A stretch of 64,000 bases of DNA from Hydrurus foetidus (taxonomy: Eukaryota): contig UYFQ01000001.1 in NCBI GenBank assembly GCA_900617105.1, forward strand, positions 2,976,001 to 3,040,000, given 5' to 3'. The position numbers were made by a program, and so were the translations under genes. The notes under the pieces were generated by a model. The model had not been told where the DNA came from. It worked only from the letters and a program-made list of their open reading frames with translations, and searched no databases. Positions 50,986-60,307 of this stretch are shown here, piece after piece (the first letter of the stretch is position 1; every line of letters begins with the position of its first letter).

Positions 50986-51561
50986 TTGGTAATTAAACAC
51001 TTAACTTTCAGTTCGCTTGTGGTTGCTGCGGTTTTCGCCCCGCTCTTGGCACTTGCCGGCGTTACAAAATGCACGGGCTCTGATGGCAAAGTCGCGTTCA
51101 GTGACCAGCCGTGCACGGGTGGTCAAACGGCCACGACGATTCAGGCGCCTGCGAAAGCCGCGGCTTCTGCCTCTAAACCATCTAGCACTGCCGGTGCCTC
51201 CAAAGACAAAGAGAACACGGGGGCGCCCGGCTCTAATTTACAGCGGCTTGACAGCTCATGCAAAGAAGAGCGCGACCGGCTGTTTCTTGCTGTCGGTACA
51301 AAAACGCCAAGTGCCGCCGGTAATGAAAATTTGGCATCGCTCAAAGCGAAGTACGAAGCGCGCTGCGATTCATCAGCGAGGTACCTCGCGAATGCGTCTG
51401 ACCTGGATGCGCAAGCACTCAAATGTAAAACGCTAAGAGATGAACTTAAAGAATTGAAAAGCAAGCCTGTATTAACATCGAGCTCCTCATCAACTTGGGA
51501 AGCAGACGTTTCAATCAAAGAAGGCAACATCAACCGAACTTGCCCACCCGCCAAGCAATGA
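50986..51561 (+). CDS. DUF4124-type secreted protein (start uncertain)
   Basis: Signal peptide then VTKCTGSDGKVAFSDQPC; stop overlaps the rsmG ATG. Confidence 0.7.
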   Translation: MVIKHLTFSSLVVAAVFAPLLALAGVTKCTGSDGKVAFSDQPCTGGQTATTIQAPAKAAASASKPSSTAGASKDKENTGAPGSNLQRLDSSCKEERDRLFLAVGTKTPSAAGNENLASLKAKYEARCDSSARYLANASDLDAQALKCKTLRDELKELKSKPVLTSSSSSTWEADVSIKEGNINRTCPPAKQ

Positions 51562-52208
51562 CTGCGGAGCAGGAATTCATCGGCCACCTAGCGCAATTGA
51601 GTTTGCAGCTCAATGCCGAACAAATTGCCAAGCTCCGGGCTTACCTGGCCCTTATCCAGAAGTGGAACAAGGTCTACAACCTGACTGCTGTTCGCGACCC
51701 CAACGAGATGGTGACGCATCACTTGCTGGACAGCTTGGCAGCCGTCGGGCCACTCAACCGGCACTTGGCCCAAGCAGGCTTGGGGTCGTCCGCAAGCTTG
51801 CTTGACGTCGGCTCGGGTGCGGGTTTGCCGGGTGTGGTGATGGCTATTTGCTGCCCAACGGTGAAAGTCACTTGCGTCGACACGGTCGCCAAAAAAGCCA
51901 CGTTTATTAAACAAGTCGCGCTGGAATTAAAGCTACCCAACCTGACCGGCTTACATGCGCGGGTAGAAAGCATCAACTCACCGTTTGATGTCATCTGTTC
52001 GCGCGCCTTTGCCTCATTGGTTGACTTTACGCAGTGGTCTGCCAGTGCGCTGGCCCCGGCTGGCGTGTGGATGGCGATGAAGGGAAAGCACCCGGCGACT
52101 GAGCTGGCGGCGCTGCCTGCTGGGGTTGAAGTGTTTCACGTGGAACAACTGCAGGTGCCGGGGCTGCATGCTGAGCGGTGCGTGGTGTGGCTGCGCAAGG
52201 CGACGTAA
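51558..52208 (+). CDS. rsmG: 16S rRNA m7G527 methyltransferase RsmG (GidB)
   Basis: KWNKVYNLTA, HLLDS, DVGSGAGLPG, SRAF. Confidence 0.97.
   Translation: MTAEQEFIGHLAQLSLQLNAEQIAKLRAYLALIQKWNKVYNLTAVRDPNEMVTHHLLDSLAAVGPLNRHLAQAGLGSSASLLDVGSGAGLPGVVMAICCPTVKVTCVDTVAKKATFIKQVALELKLPNLTGLHARVESINSPFDVICSRAFASLVDFTQWSASALAPAGVWMAMKGKHPATELAALPAGVEVFHVEQLQVPGLHAERCVVWLRKAT
52132..52147. promoter_or_regulatory. parS site within rsmG
   Basis: TGTTTCACGTGGAACA. Confidence 0.9.
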
Positions 52209-52286
52209 AAGCCAGGGCAGGGTGGTTTTCCGTTACCCGCATTCTTCGTGGCGTAAACTCACGCCTTCACCCACAGGAAACCGCCC

Positions 52287-52913
52287 ATGTTCGGCTCATT
52301 TTTTGGTATTGCTGACTACGGCGCGTTTGTCTTTGCACTAGTATTGCTGTTCCTGTTGCCGGGCCCGGGTAACCTGGCTTTGATCACATCTGCGGGCAAA
52401 GGCGGGTTAGCAGGTGGTGTGGCATCGGTGTTTGGGCTGCTGCTCGGCGACCAGATTTTGTTGTGGCTCACAGTGGCCGGTGTGACTGCCGTGCTGGCCG
52501 CGCACCCGGTTATTTTTCAGGCCTTGCAGTGGCTGGGCGCTGCGTATCTGGTCTGGCTGGGCGTCAAAATGCTCACCGCAAAGCCTGGCGACAAGCCGAT
52601 GCTGAACATCAAGGCGGGGCATTACTTTCAGCAAACCATGGTGATCACGCTGTTCAACCCAAAAGCCATCATGTTTTACGTGGCCTTTTTCCCGCAGTTT
52701 ATTGACCCCGTAAAACACCAGGGCCTGCTGACCTTTGGCGTGATGGCCGCGACCATCGCGGTGCTGGGGTTTGCTTACTGCCTATCGGTTGTGCTGGTAA
52801 CGCATTACATGGCTGAGCGCATTCGCGCCAATCCGCGAGTCACGTCGGTGCTGCAAAAAATAGCCGGCCTGTTTTTAATCGGCTTCGGTGTCAAGCTAGC
52901 GCTGTCAAAGTAA
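52287..52913 (+). CDS. LysE/RhtB family exporter
   Basis: PGPGN, GAAYLVWLG, NPKAIMF. Confidence 0.9.
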   Translation: MFGSFFGIADYGAFVFALVLLFLLPGPGNLALITSAGKGGLAGGVASVFGLLLGDQILLWLTVAGVTAVLAAHPVIFQALQWLGAAYLVWLGVKMLTAKPGDKPMLNIKAGHYFQQTMVITLFNPKAIMFYVAFFPQFIDPVKHQGLLTFGVMAATIAVLGFAYCLSVVLVTHYMAERIRANPRVTSVLQKIAGLFLIGFGVKLALSK

Positions 52914-52939
52914 CGAAACACAAAAAAGAATAAAAACAA

Positions 52940-53725
52940 ATGGCGAAAATCTTTTGCGTTGCCAATCAAAAAGGCGGCGTTGGCAAAACCACCACCACTG
53001 TTAACTTAGCTGCAGGCTTGGCTAAAGTTGGCCAGCGGGTGCTGATGATTGACCTTGACCCACAGGGCAACGCCACCATGGGCTCGGGCGTAGACAAGCG
53101 CAAGCTTGAATACACGGTGTACGACGTGCTGCTGGAGTCTGCCACTATCGCAGAGGCAAAAGTCACCAGCCAAAAGCTGATTGACAGCGGCTGTAGCTAC
53201 GACATTTTGGGTGCCAACCGCGAGCTGGCTGGGGCAGAGGTTGAACTTGTCGACGTAGAGCGACGCGAAAAGCGCCTCAAGCTCGCCCTGGCTGAGGTCG
53301 ACTCGGCTTACGACTTTGTATTGATCGACTGCCCGCCGTCGCTGAGTATGTTGACGCTCAACGGGCTATGCTGCGCACACGGCGTGGTGGTGCCCATGCA
53401 GTGCGAATACTTTGCACTGGAAGGCCTGACGGATTTGGTCAACACCATCAAGCAGGTGCATGCGAATTTGAACAAAGACCTTGCCATCATTGGCCTCCTG
53501 AGAGTCATGTTTGACCCGCGCATCACTCTGCAGCAGCAGGTCAGTGAACAACTCAAAGAGCACTTTGGCGACAAGGTGTTTAACACGGTGATTCCGCGCA
53601 ATGTGCGCCTGGCCGAAGCGCCTAGCTACGGCTTGCCAGGCGTGGTGTTTGACCCGTCGTCTAAAGGGGCGCAGGCGTTTGTCGCGTTTGCTGAAGAAAT
53701 GGTCGCCCGCATTCAAAAAATGTGA
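52940..53725 (+). CDS. parA: Chromosome partitioning ATPase ParA
   Basis: NQKGGVGKTTT, DLDPQGNA, DCPPSL, IPRNVRLAEAPS. Confidence 0.98.
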   Translation: MAKIFCVANQKGGVGKTTTTVNLAAGLAKVGQRVLMIDLDPQGNATMGSGVDKRKLEYTVYDVLLESATIAEAKVTSQKLIDSGCSYDILGANRELAGAEVELVDVERREKRLKLALAEVDSAYDFVLIDCPPSLSMLTLNGLCCAHGVVVPMQCEYFALEGLTDLVNTIKQVHANLNKDLAIIGLLRVMFDPRITLQQQVSEQLKEHFGDKVFNTVIPRNVRLAEAPSYGLPGVVFDPSSKGAQAFVAFAEEMVARIQKM

Positions 53726-53736
53726 TGAAAACACCG

Positions 53737-53802
53737 TTTTTAGGGTACAAATATGCCTCTAGCCCAATAAATACGGGCGTTAGCAGCTACCAAAATAATA
53801 GC
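53737..53802 (-). repeat. Dispersed repeat, copy 11
   Basis: Plus strand: GCCTCTAGCCCAATAAATACGGGCGTTAGCAGCTACCAAAATAATAGC. Confidence 0.85.
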
Positions 53803-53904
53803 GTTTATCTTGTCGTCTGTGACTGGATGCAAGGCCCACAGCATGTATAGCGCAGCAGGGTCGCTGGCGTGGCTTGCACCGCTAGCCTGCAATGCCAACA
53901 CCCG

Positions 53905-54450
53905 ATGAGCGCCAGCAACGTCTTGGTATTGCCTGGCTGGTTAAACAGCGGCCCCGACCATTGGCAAAGCCGCTGGGAGCGCGCCTACGGCTACACCCGA
54001 GTGGAGCAGCACGACTGGCAGCGCCCACTGCGCGGCGACTGGATTGCCCGGCTTGAAGACGTGCTACTGGGCTCCACCGAGCCGGCAGTGCTCGTGTGCC
54101 ACAGCCTGGGTTGCCTCACAGCCGCGGCTTGGGCAGCGCATTCAAAAAACACTCACCTTGTTAAAGCCGCGTTGCTGGTCGCGCCGCCCGACACCGCGCG
54201 CGAAGATATTGGCAACATGCTGCCGGGCTGGGCCATCGACCCATTGCCGCCACAAAAGCTGCCGTTTAAATCAATCGTGTTTGCGTCTAGCAACGACCCG
54301 TTTTGCAGCCTTGAAAGGGCGCGCTATTTCGCAGACGCTTGGGGGGCCAAATTTATTGACATTGGCGAGCGCGGCCATATCAATGCCGACAGCGGCCTGG
54401 GCGACTGGCCTTCGGCGCACGCAGAACTTCAGCAACTCATGGCGTCATGA
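53905..54450 (+). CDS. RBBP9/YdeN alpha/beta hydrolase
   Basis: PGW.NSG..HWQ, HSLG, NDP, GHIN. Confidence 0.9.
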   Translation: MSASNVLVLPGWLNSGPDHWQSRWERAYGYTRVEQHDWQRPLRGDWIARLEDVLLGSTEPAVLVCHSLGCLTAAAWAAHSKNTHLVKAALLVAPPDTAREDIGNMLPGWAIDPLPPQKLPFKSIVFASSNDPFCSLERARYFADAWGAKFIDIGERGHINADSGLGDWPSAHAELQQLMAS

Positions 54451-54542
54451 TGGCTGACCCTCAACATTGCCGACTCAGCCTTGCCCCTCAGCCTTGCCGA
54501 CTCAAACGCGCGCCCACTCAACGCAATTAAAAGGACAAACAC

Positions 54543-55475
54543 ATGGTCACTAAAAAACCAAAAGGCTTAGGCCGCGGGCTAGAGGCCTTGCTGGGCCCCA
54601 AGGTCAATGATTCGCTTGAAGGCGCTGACTCCAGCTTAACCAGCCCGGGCGCGCCTGCATCGCTGCGGCTCGGCGACATGGTGGCCGGCCAGTACCAGCC
54701 ACGCACCCGCATGGACGAGGGCGCCCTGTACGAGCTGGCCGAGTCCATCAAGGCGCAAGGCATCATGCAGCCGATTTTGGTGCGGCGCTTGACCGCTGGG
54801 CCCAACGACGGCAAATACGAAATCATTGCCGGTGAACGGCGCTTTCGGGCCGCCAAACTTGCTGGCCTGGACACGGTGCCGGTACTGGTGCGCGACGTCC
54901 CCGACGAAGCCGCCGCTGCCATGTCGTTGATTGAAAATATTCAGCGTGAAGATTTAAACCCGCTGGAAGAAGCCCAAGGTTTGCAACGCTTGGTCAAAGA
55001 GTTTGGGCTCACTCACGAGTTAGCCGCGCAAGCGGTAGGCCGCTCGCGCAGCGCAGCGTCTAACCTGCTGCGCCTGCTCAACTTGTCAGACCCGGTGCAA
55101 TCGATGTTGATGGCAGGCGACATTGACATGGGCCACGCGCGGGCGCTGCTAGCGCTGGACCGCGCCACGCAAATTACCGCTGCCAATCAAATTGCCGCCA
55201 AAAAAATGTCAGTGCGCGAGGCCGAAGGCCTGGTTAAAAAACTCAGCGCGGAGTTTTCGCTCAAGCCTCCAAAAGTCGGCAAAGAAAAGTCTCGCGACAC
55301 CCGCCGCATCGAAGAAGAGCTGTCAGACGCGCTGGCAGCTGATGTGCAGGTACGCATTAAAAAGCAAGTCAAACGGGGCGGCAAAACCATCGACAGCGGC
55401 GAAGTGGCTATTCAATTCGGCTCGCTGGAAGAGCTGAACGGGTTGCTAGACCGCCTGCGCGCTAACAATACGTAG
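54543..55475 (+). CDS. parB: Chromosome partitioning protein ParB
   Basis: KGLGRGLEALL, IIAGERRFRAA, IENIQREDL. Confidence 0.98.
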   Translation: MVTKKPKGLGRGLEALLGPKVNDSLEGADSSLTSPGAPASLRLGDMVAGQYQPRTRMDEGALYELAESIKAQGIMQPILVRRLTAGPNDGKYEIIAGERRFRAAKLAGLDTVPVLVRDVPDEAAAAMSLIENIQREDLNPLEEAQGLQRLVKEFGLTHELAAQAVGRSRSAASNLLRLLNLSDPVQSMLMAGDIDMGHARALLALDRATQITAANQIAAKKMSVREAEGLVKKLSAEFSLKPPKVGKEKSRDTRRIEEELSDALAADVQVRIKKQVKRGGKTIDSGEVAIQFGSLEELNGLLDRLRANNT

Positions 55476-55568
55476 CATTTTGACGTGTATCTACGCACCA
55501 AAGCGTGCGAAATTGCCACATCAAACACTATTGTGTCGTGGAATAATTGAAAATTCTTACTGTTAGAC

Positions 55569-56474
55569 ATGTTCAGACACCAGGAGAACTCTTTGAAGTA
55601 CACACTTTTAACCCTCGCAGCCACTGCGCTGCTCGGCGGCTGCGTCGCTACTGTTCCCTCGATTGGCTCTGAAAAAGCCAACGTTGCCGCCACCGGCTCG
55701 GCAGCAGGTGACAGCACCCAAGGCGCCAATGCTGCGCTTGAAAAATGCGCCAGCCCGCTGGGCACCGTCGCCCTGGTTGAAGAAACATCCGCCGACTGGT
55801 ACCGCTTGTTCACCACCGAATACAAACTGGGCTCCACCGTGCCCGTGCTGCGCTTGATGATTCAGCAAAGCAACTGCTTCATCGTGGTCGAGCGCGGCCG
55901 CGCCTTCGCCAACATGGAGCGCGAGCGCGCCATTGCCGCGTCTGGCCAAGGCCGCACCGGCAGCAACATGGGCGGCGGCCAAATGGTCGCGGCCGACTAC
56001 AGCATGACGCCTGAAGTCTTGGTCAGCGCCCGTGGCACCAGCGGCGGTGGCGGTGGCCTCGGCGGCTTTAGCCGCGGCTTGGGTGTGCTCGGCGCTATTG
56101 CCGGCGGCATTCGCACCAACGAAGCGTCCACCATGCTGATGTTGACCGACAACCGCTCGGGCGTACAAATTTCGGCATCGCAAGGCGCCAGCTCTAACAC
56201 CGACTTCAGCGTAGGTGCTGTGCTGTTCGGCGGCGGCGGTGGCGGCGGCATGAGCGGCTACACCAGCACCCCACAAGGCAAGGTCGTGATAGCGGCCTTC
56301 ACTGATTCGTACAACCAGATGGTCAAGTCCCTGCGCGCCTATAAACCGCAATCGGTTCAAGGCCAGGGCCTGGGCGGAGGCGGCAGGTTGGCGGTTGATG
56401 GCGCAGCGCCACCGAGCAGGACCTCAGCCCCCGGCGGCGTACCTGCCAAGAAAGCTGTGCCAGTCAAGCCTTAA
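55569..56474 (+). CDS. CsgG/HfaB-family lipoprotein
   Basis: Lipobox LLGGC; QQSNCFIVVERG. Confidence 0.75.
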   Translation: MFRHQENSLKYTLLTLAATALLGGCVATVPSIGSEKANVAATGSAAGDSTQGANAALEKCASPLGTVALVEETSADWYRLFTTEYKLGSTVPVLRLMIQQSNCFIVVERGRAFANMERERAIAASGQGRTGSNMGGGQMVAADYSMTPEVLVSARGTSGGGGGLGGFSRGLGVLGAIAGGIRTNEASTMLMLTDNRSGVQISASQGASSNTDFSVGAVLFGGGGGGGMSGYTSTPQGKVVIAAFTDSYNQMVKSLRAYKPQSVQGQGLGGGGRLAVDGAAPPSRTSAPGGVPAKKAVPVKP

Positions 56475-56490
56475 ACAGCGACACCGGCTT

Positions 56491-56515
56491 AAAAAGCACC
56501 TTCGGGTGCTTTTTT
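56491..56515. terminator. Bidirectional Rho-independent terminator
   Basis: AAAAAGCACC-TTCG-GGTGCTTTTT between convergent genes. Confidence 0.9.
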
Positions 56516-56577
56516 ATTGCCTAAATAGTGCTGTAGCCGAATAAATACGGGCGCGAGCAGCTCCTGTATTTATAGCA
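56511..56577 (-). repeat. Dispersed repeat, copy 12
   Basis: Plus strand: GCTGTAGCCGAATAAATACGGGCGCGAGCAGCTCCTGTATTTATAGCA. Confidence 0.85.
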
Positions 56578-56588
56578 TCTACGAAACA

Positions 56589-58010
56589 TCAAAGCGTAAA
56601 TATCTTCCCCGGATTCATGATGTTTTGCGGGTCAAGCGCGCGCTTGATGGCGCGCATCACATTGACTGCGCCGTCACCTGCTTCAGTCACCAAAAAATCC
56701 ATCTTGTGCAGGCCCACGCCGTGCTCGCCTGTGCACGTGCCTTCGAGCGCCAGTGCCCGGCTCACCAGCTTGTGGTTCAGCTCTTCCGCAATGCGGCGTT
56801 CTTCAGGAATGTTGGGGTCGATCAAATAGCCGAAGTGAAAGTTGCCGTCGCCTACGTGGCCAACCAAAAAGTACGGAATGTCGGTCGCGTCGACCTCGGC
56901 GATGGAGTCCAGCAGGCAATCGGCCAGGCGTGATATCGGCACGCAGGTGTCGGTCGAAATCGCGCGGCAACCGGGGCGCGACTGAATCGCGGCGAAGTAC
57001 GCGTTGTGCCGCGCGGCCCACAGCCGCGTACGCTCTTCGGGCGTGCTGGCCCACTCGAACGCGTCGCTGCCATGGTTGCTGGCAATTTCCTGCACCAGCT
57101 CAGCCTGCTCTTTTACGCTGTTGGGCGAACCGTGAAATTCCATCAGCAGCATAGGAGATTCGCGCAGCGTGGTTTTTGAATGCGCGTTGACCATGCGGAT
57201 GGTATTGCCATCGATCAGCTCCACCCGCGCAATGGGTATGCCCATTTGAATCACTTCAATCGTGGTGCGTACGGCCGCTTCAATGCTGGGGAACGAGCAC
57301 ACCGCCGCGCTGATGGCTTCGGGCAGCGGGTACAGCTTGACGGTGACCTCCGTGATCACGCCTAGCGTGCCTTCACTGCCCACCATCAGCCGCGTCAGGT
57401 CGTAGCCCGCAGATGATTTTTTAGCCCGCGTGCCGGTGCGAATGATTTCGCCGCTTGCTGTGACCACAACGAGTGCCAGCACGTTTTCACGCATGGTGCC
57501 GTAGCGCACGGCATTCGTTCCGCTGGCCCGGGTGGCGCTCATGCCGCCCAGGGTCGCGTCAGCGCCGGGGTCAATCGGAAAAAACAAACCGGTGCTTTTC
57601 ACGGCTTCGTTCAATTGCTTGCGCGTCACGCCAGCCTGTACGGTCACGGTTAAGTCTTCCGCGTTGATTTGCAGCACGTTGTTCATGCGGCTCACGTCAA
57701 TGCTGATGCCGCCTTGCACAGCCAGCAGGTGGCCCTCAAGCGATGTACCAACGCCAAATGGAATCACGGGCACGTTGTGCAGTGCGGCCAGTTTCACGGC
57801 GTCGGACACGTCTTGCGTGCTTTCAGCAAACACTACCGCAGACGGCGGCGGCGCGGCAAACGACGATTCATCCCGGCCGTGCTGCTCTCGCACCACCAAG
57901 GCGGTAGAGCATCGCTCTGCGAAGCGGCTTTTGAGTGCGTCGATAAGCGCGGCAGGCGTTTCGCGCTGGGCGATTTCGGGAAGCAAATGGCTGGGCAGTG
58001 GGGCATTCAT
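56589..58010 (-). CDS. FAD-linked oxidase (D-lactate dehydrogenase/GlcD family)
   Basis: GTSLEGH, DPGADA, GSEGTLG, GHVGDGNFH, GEHGVG. Confidence 0.93.
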   Translation of the reverse strand: MNAPLPSHLLPEIAQRETPAALIDALKSRFAERCSTALVVREQHGRDESSFAAPPPSAVVFAESTQDVSDAVKLAALHNVPVIPFGVGTSLEGHLLAVQGGISIDVSRMNNVLQINAEDLTVTVQAGVTRKQLNEAVKSTGLFFPIDPGADATLGGMSATRASGTNAVRYGTMRENVLALVVVTASGEIIRTGTRAKKSSAGYDLTRLMVGSEGTLGVITEVTVKLYPLPEAISAAVCSFPSIEAAVRTTIEVIQMGIPIARVELIDGNTIRMVNAHSKTTLRESPMLLMEFHGSPNSVKEQAELVQEIASNHGSDAFEWASTPEERTRLWAARHNAYFAAIQSRPGCRAISTDTCVPISRLADCLLDSIAEVDATDIPYFLVGHVGDGNFHFGYLIDPNIPEERRIAEELNHKLVSRALALEGTCTGEHGVGLHKMDFLVTEAGDGAVNVMRAIKRALDPQNIMNPGKIFTL

Positions 58011-58189
58011 GAAAGGTTCTCGTGCTGGGTATAACCGCGCATCGATGGTGCAAATAGGGCTGAGCGTTTTGCGCTCTGCCTTTTTGACATTTTTACATGC
58101 TTGGAACTGGCGCGCTCAGCACACCGCGCTCGCCAAAACGGAGCCCTTTAAGCGCTGCAGGGCCACCCCGCGGTGGCATAGCACGACGC

Positions 58190-58225
58190 AAAAAAGCCTG
58201 CCAACCCGTGAAGGGCGGCAGGCTT
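58190..58225 (-). terminator. Probable terminator of the EF-hand gene
   Basis: AAGCCTGCC...GGCAGGCTT with a T-run on the minus strand. Confidence 0.6.
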
Positions 58226-58244
58226 GCCGGGTTAAAAATAGAGC

Positions 58245-58595
58245 TTAAGAGCCTGCGGCCTTGCCAAACTCTTCACGGGACAGGAAACCATCGGCGTTGC
58301 CGTCCAGCTGGTCGAAACGCTCGGCAATGGCCGGCATCATTTCAGCTTCTTTCTTGTCCAGCTTGCAGTCCTTGTTGACGTCAGCACGCGCAAAAGCAGC
58401 ATCGAGGTCTTTTGCCGTGGCTTTGGTGCCTCCGGCCATAGGCGCCGGTGCGGGTGTTGCCGCAGGGGCAGGCGTTTGGGCGTGCGCTACTGTTACAGCA
58501 CCCAAAGCCCCGATGGCCAGTGCCGCAATCAGCACCACGCTGCTGGCTTCAAAGTTAGGAATAAAATACTTGTTGCGCTTGGTTGTAATGGACAT
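58245..58595 (-). CDS. Secreted EF-hand protein
   Basis: DVNKDCKLDKKE and DGNADGFLSREE; signal peptide. Confidence 0.85.
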   Translation of the reverse strand: MSITTKRNKYFIPNFEASSVVLIAALAIGALGAVTVAHAQTPAPAATPAPAPMAGGTKATAKDLDAAFARADVNKDCKLDKKEAEMMPAIAERFDQLDGNADGFLSREEFGKAAGS

Positions 58596-58774
58596 ACCTA
58601 GAGTCTTTCAAAGTTAAGGAGTCACCATTGCAACGCAAAAAAGCTGTGGTATCCAGTCATTTTGCAATGCGTTGCCCCAGCAACATGATGCGGCGCTGAG
58701 ACACACTTTTTAGCTCAACGTAACGGCCGCACGGCAGTCAGTTATGCCCTTTCACCTACCTATTGGCAACACAC

Positions 58775-59341
58775 ATGGCTAACCGACTTACCCAAATAGC
58801 AACCCGCACTGGCGACAACGGCACCACCGGCCTGGGCGACAACACCCGGGTCAGCAAAGACAGCCTGCGCGTGCACGCCATGGGCGATGTCGACGAGCTC
58901 AATTCATGCATTGGCGTATTGCTGTGCGAGGCCATGCCCGATGGCGTGCGTACGCTGTTAGTGGAGGTGCAGCACCAGCTGTTTAACTTGGGCGGTGAGC
59001 TCAGCATTCCGGGCTACGAGTTGCTCAAACCCGAAGCGGTAGCCGAGCTTGACGCCGCGCTAGAAGAGCACAACGCTGCACTGCCGCGCCTGGCTGAATT
59101 TATTTTGCCCGCCGGCTCGCGCGCAGCATCGCTCGCTCACGTGTGCCGCACCGTAGCCCGCCGTGCAGAGCGTGCAGTGGTGGCGCTGGGCTCAGCTGAA
59201 GCACTAAAAGACGCGCCGCGCCAGTACTTGAACCGCTTGAGCGACTTGCTGTTTGTGTTGTCGCGTGTGCTTAACCGCATGGATGGCGGCGACGACGTGT
59301 ACTGGAAGAGCGAGCGCATGGCGAACGCGGCCAATGAATAA
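58775..59341 (+). CDS. PduO-type corrinoid adenosyltransferase
   Basis: TRTGDNGTT, GDVDELNS, RTVARRAER, NRLSDLLF. Confidence 0.93.
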   Translation: MANRLTQIATRTGDNGTTGLGDNTRVSKDSLRVHAMGDVDELNSCIGVLLCEAMPDGVRTLLVEVQHQLFNLGGELSIPGYELLKPEAVAELDAALEEHNAALPRLAEFILPAGSRAASLAHVCRTVARRAERAVVALGSAEALKDAPRQYLNRLSDLLFVLSRVLNRMDGGDDVYWKSERMANAANE

Positions 59342-59343
59342 TT

Positions 59344-59409
59344 GCTGCTATTTCAATAGCTGCTCGCGCCCGTATTCGTTGGGCTACAGGCTTAAATTAA
59401 CCTCAAAAA
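59344..59409 (+). repeat. Dispersed repeat, copy 13
   Basis: GCTGCTATTTCAATAGCTGCTCGCGCCCGTATTCGTTGGGCTACAGGC. Confidence 0.85.
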
Positions 59410-59430
59410 CGGCCCAAACAGCATGCCCCG

Positions 59431-59853
59431 CTAGCGCGGCGCCAACACCGCCATGGTGATGCGCGACACACAAGTCAACTCGCCTTTGTCGTTGTGCAGC
59501 TCAATGGCCCACACCTGCGTGGTGCGCCCAATGTGCACCGGGCGGGCAACGCCAGTCACCCAGCCGCTGGTCGCGCTTTTTAAATGGTTGGCGTTAATGT
59601 CCAGCCCTACCACCCGGTGGCCCGCAGGCGCTGCATACGCCGCGCCGCAAGAGCCCAGCGTTTCAGCCAGCACCACCGACACACCGCCGTGCAGCAGCCC
59701 ATACGGTTGAATGGTGCGGTGGTCAACGGGAACCCGCGCCGATATAAAGTCGTCGCCCACCTCGATAAATTCAATGCCCAAATGATCAGTGGCGGTATTG
59801 ATGCTGTTGGCTGTCAACAGTTGCACGGTAACAGGTTGCTTCCAGATGGACAT
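59431..59853 (-). CDS. Hotdog-fold thioesterase (YdiI/MenI-like)
   Basis: QPYGLLHGGVSVVLAE, INANH, GRTTQVW. Confidence 0.92.
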   Translation of the reverse strand: MSIWKQPVTVQLLTANSINTATDHLGIEFIEVGDDFISARVPVDHRTIQPYGLLHGGVSVVLAETLGSCGAAYAAPAGHRVVGLDINANHLKSATSGWVTGVARPVHIGRTTQVWAIELHNDKGELTCVSRITMAVLAPR

Positions 59854-59932
59854 GCGGGCTTTCTATTCGATGTAGCGGTACTATATTGGCTGCTAATTCC
59901 AATCATCCTAATAGGTATTACAGGTAACCGCC

Positions 59933-60307
59933 ATGACTGCCACCCCACACCCCGTTGCCAGCGCCAGTCAGCAGCCCGTACATCAACCGGCCGCCGAGCC
60001 ACCGCTTCAACGCGCGCTGGATCAAAACGTTGCTGCTACCGCTACCGTTATGCAGTCGGCCGACGAGCTGCTGGTGATCAACACCGTGCTCAAGCAAGAG
60101 CTCCCTGACGACGTTCAGACCGGCGAAGTAGCGCAGGCCCTGCAAAAAACTGACGCGCTGGAGGTCAAAATTCATGACACCGCACAAGACCTTGCAGAGG
60201 TTAATCAAGCCTTGAGCCAAGAAATTGCTCAGCGCACTGCGCTGGAGCAACAACTTGCGGCAACGCAGGCGGCTCTGCACAAGGCCACAGCGAACGCCAA
60301 TTCTTGA
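59933..60307 (+). CDS. Hypothetical coiled-coil protein
   Basis: 124 aa rich in Q/A/E heptads; stop overlaps the next start. Confidence 0.65.
   Translation: MTATPHPVASASQQPVHQPAAEPPLQRALDQNVAATATVMQSADELLVINTVLKQELPDDVQTGEVAQALQKTDALEVKIHDTAQDLAEVNQALSQEIAQRTALEQQLAATQAALHKATANANS

Noticed and set aside
47455..55568. oriC/DnaA-box cluster near mnmG-parAB
   Set aside because: No TTATCCACA cluster or AT-rich unwinding element seen.
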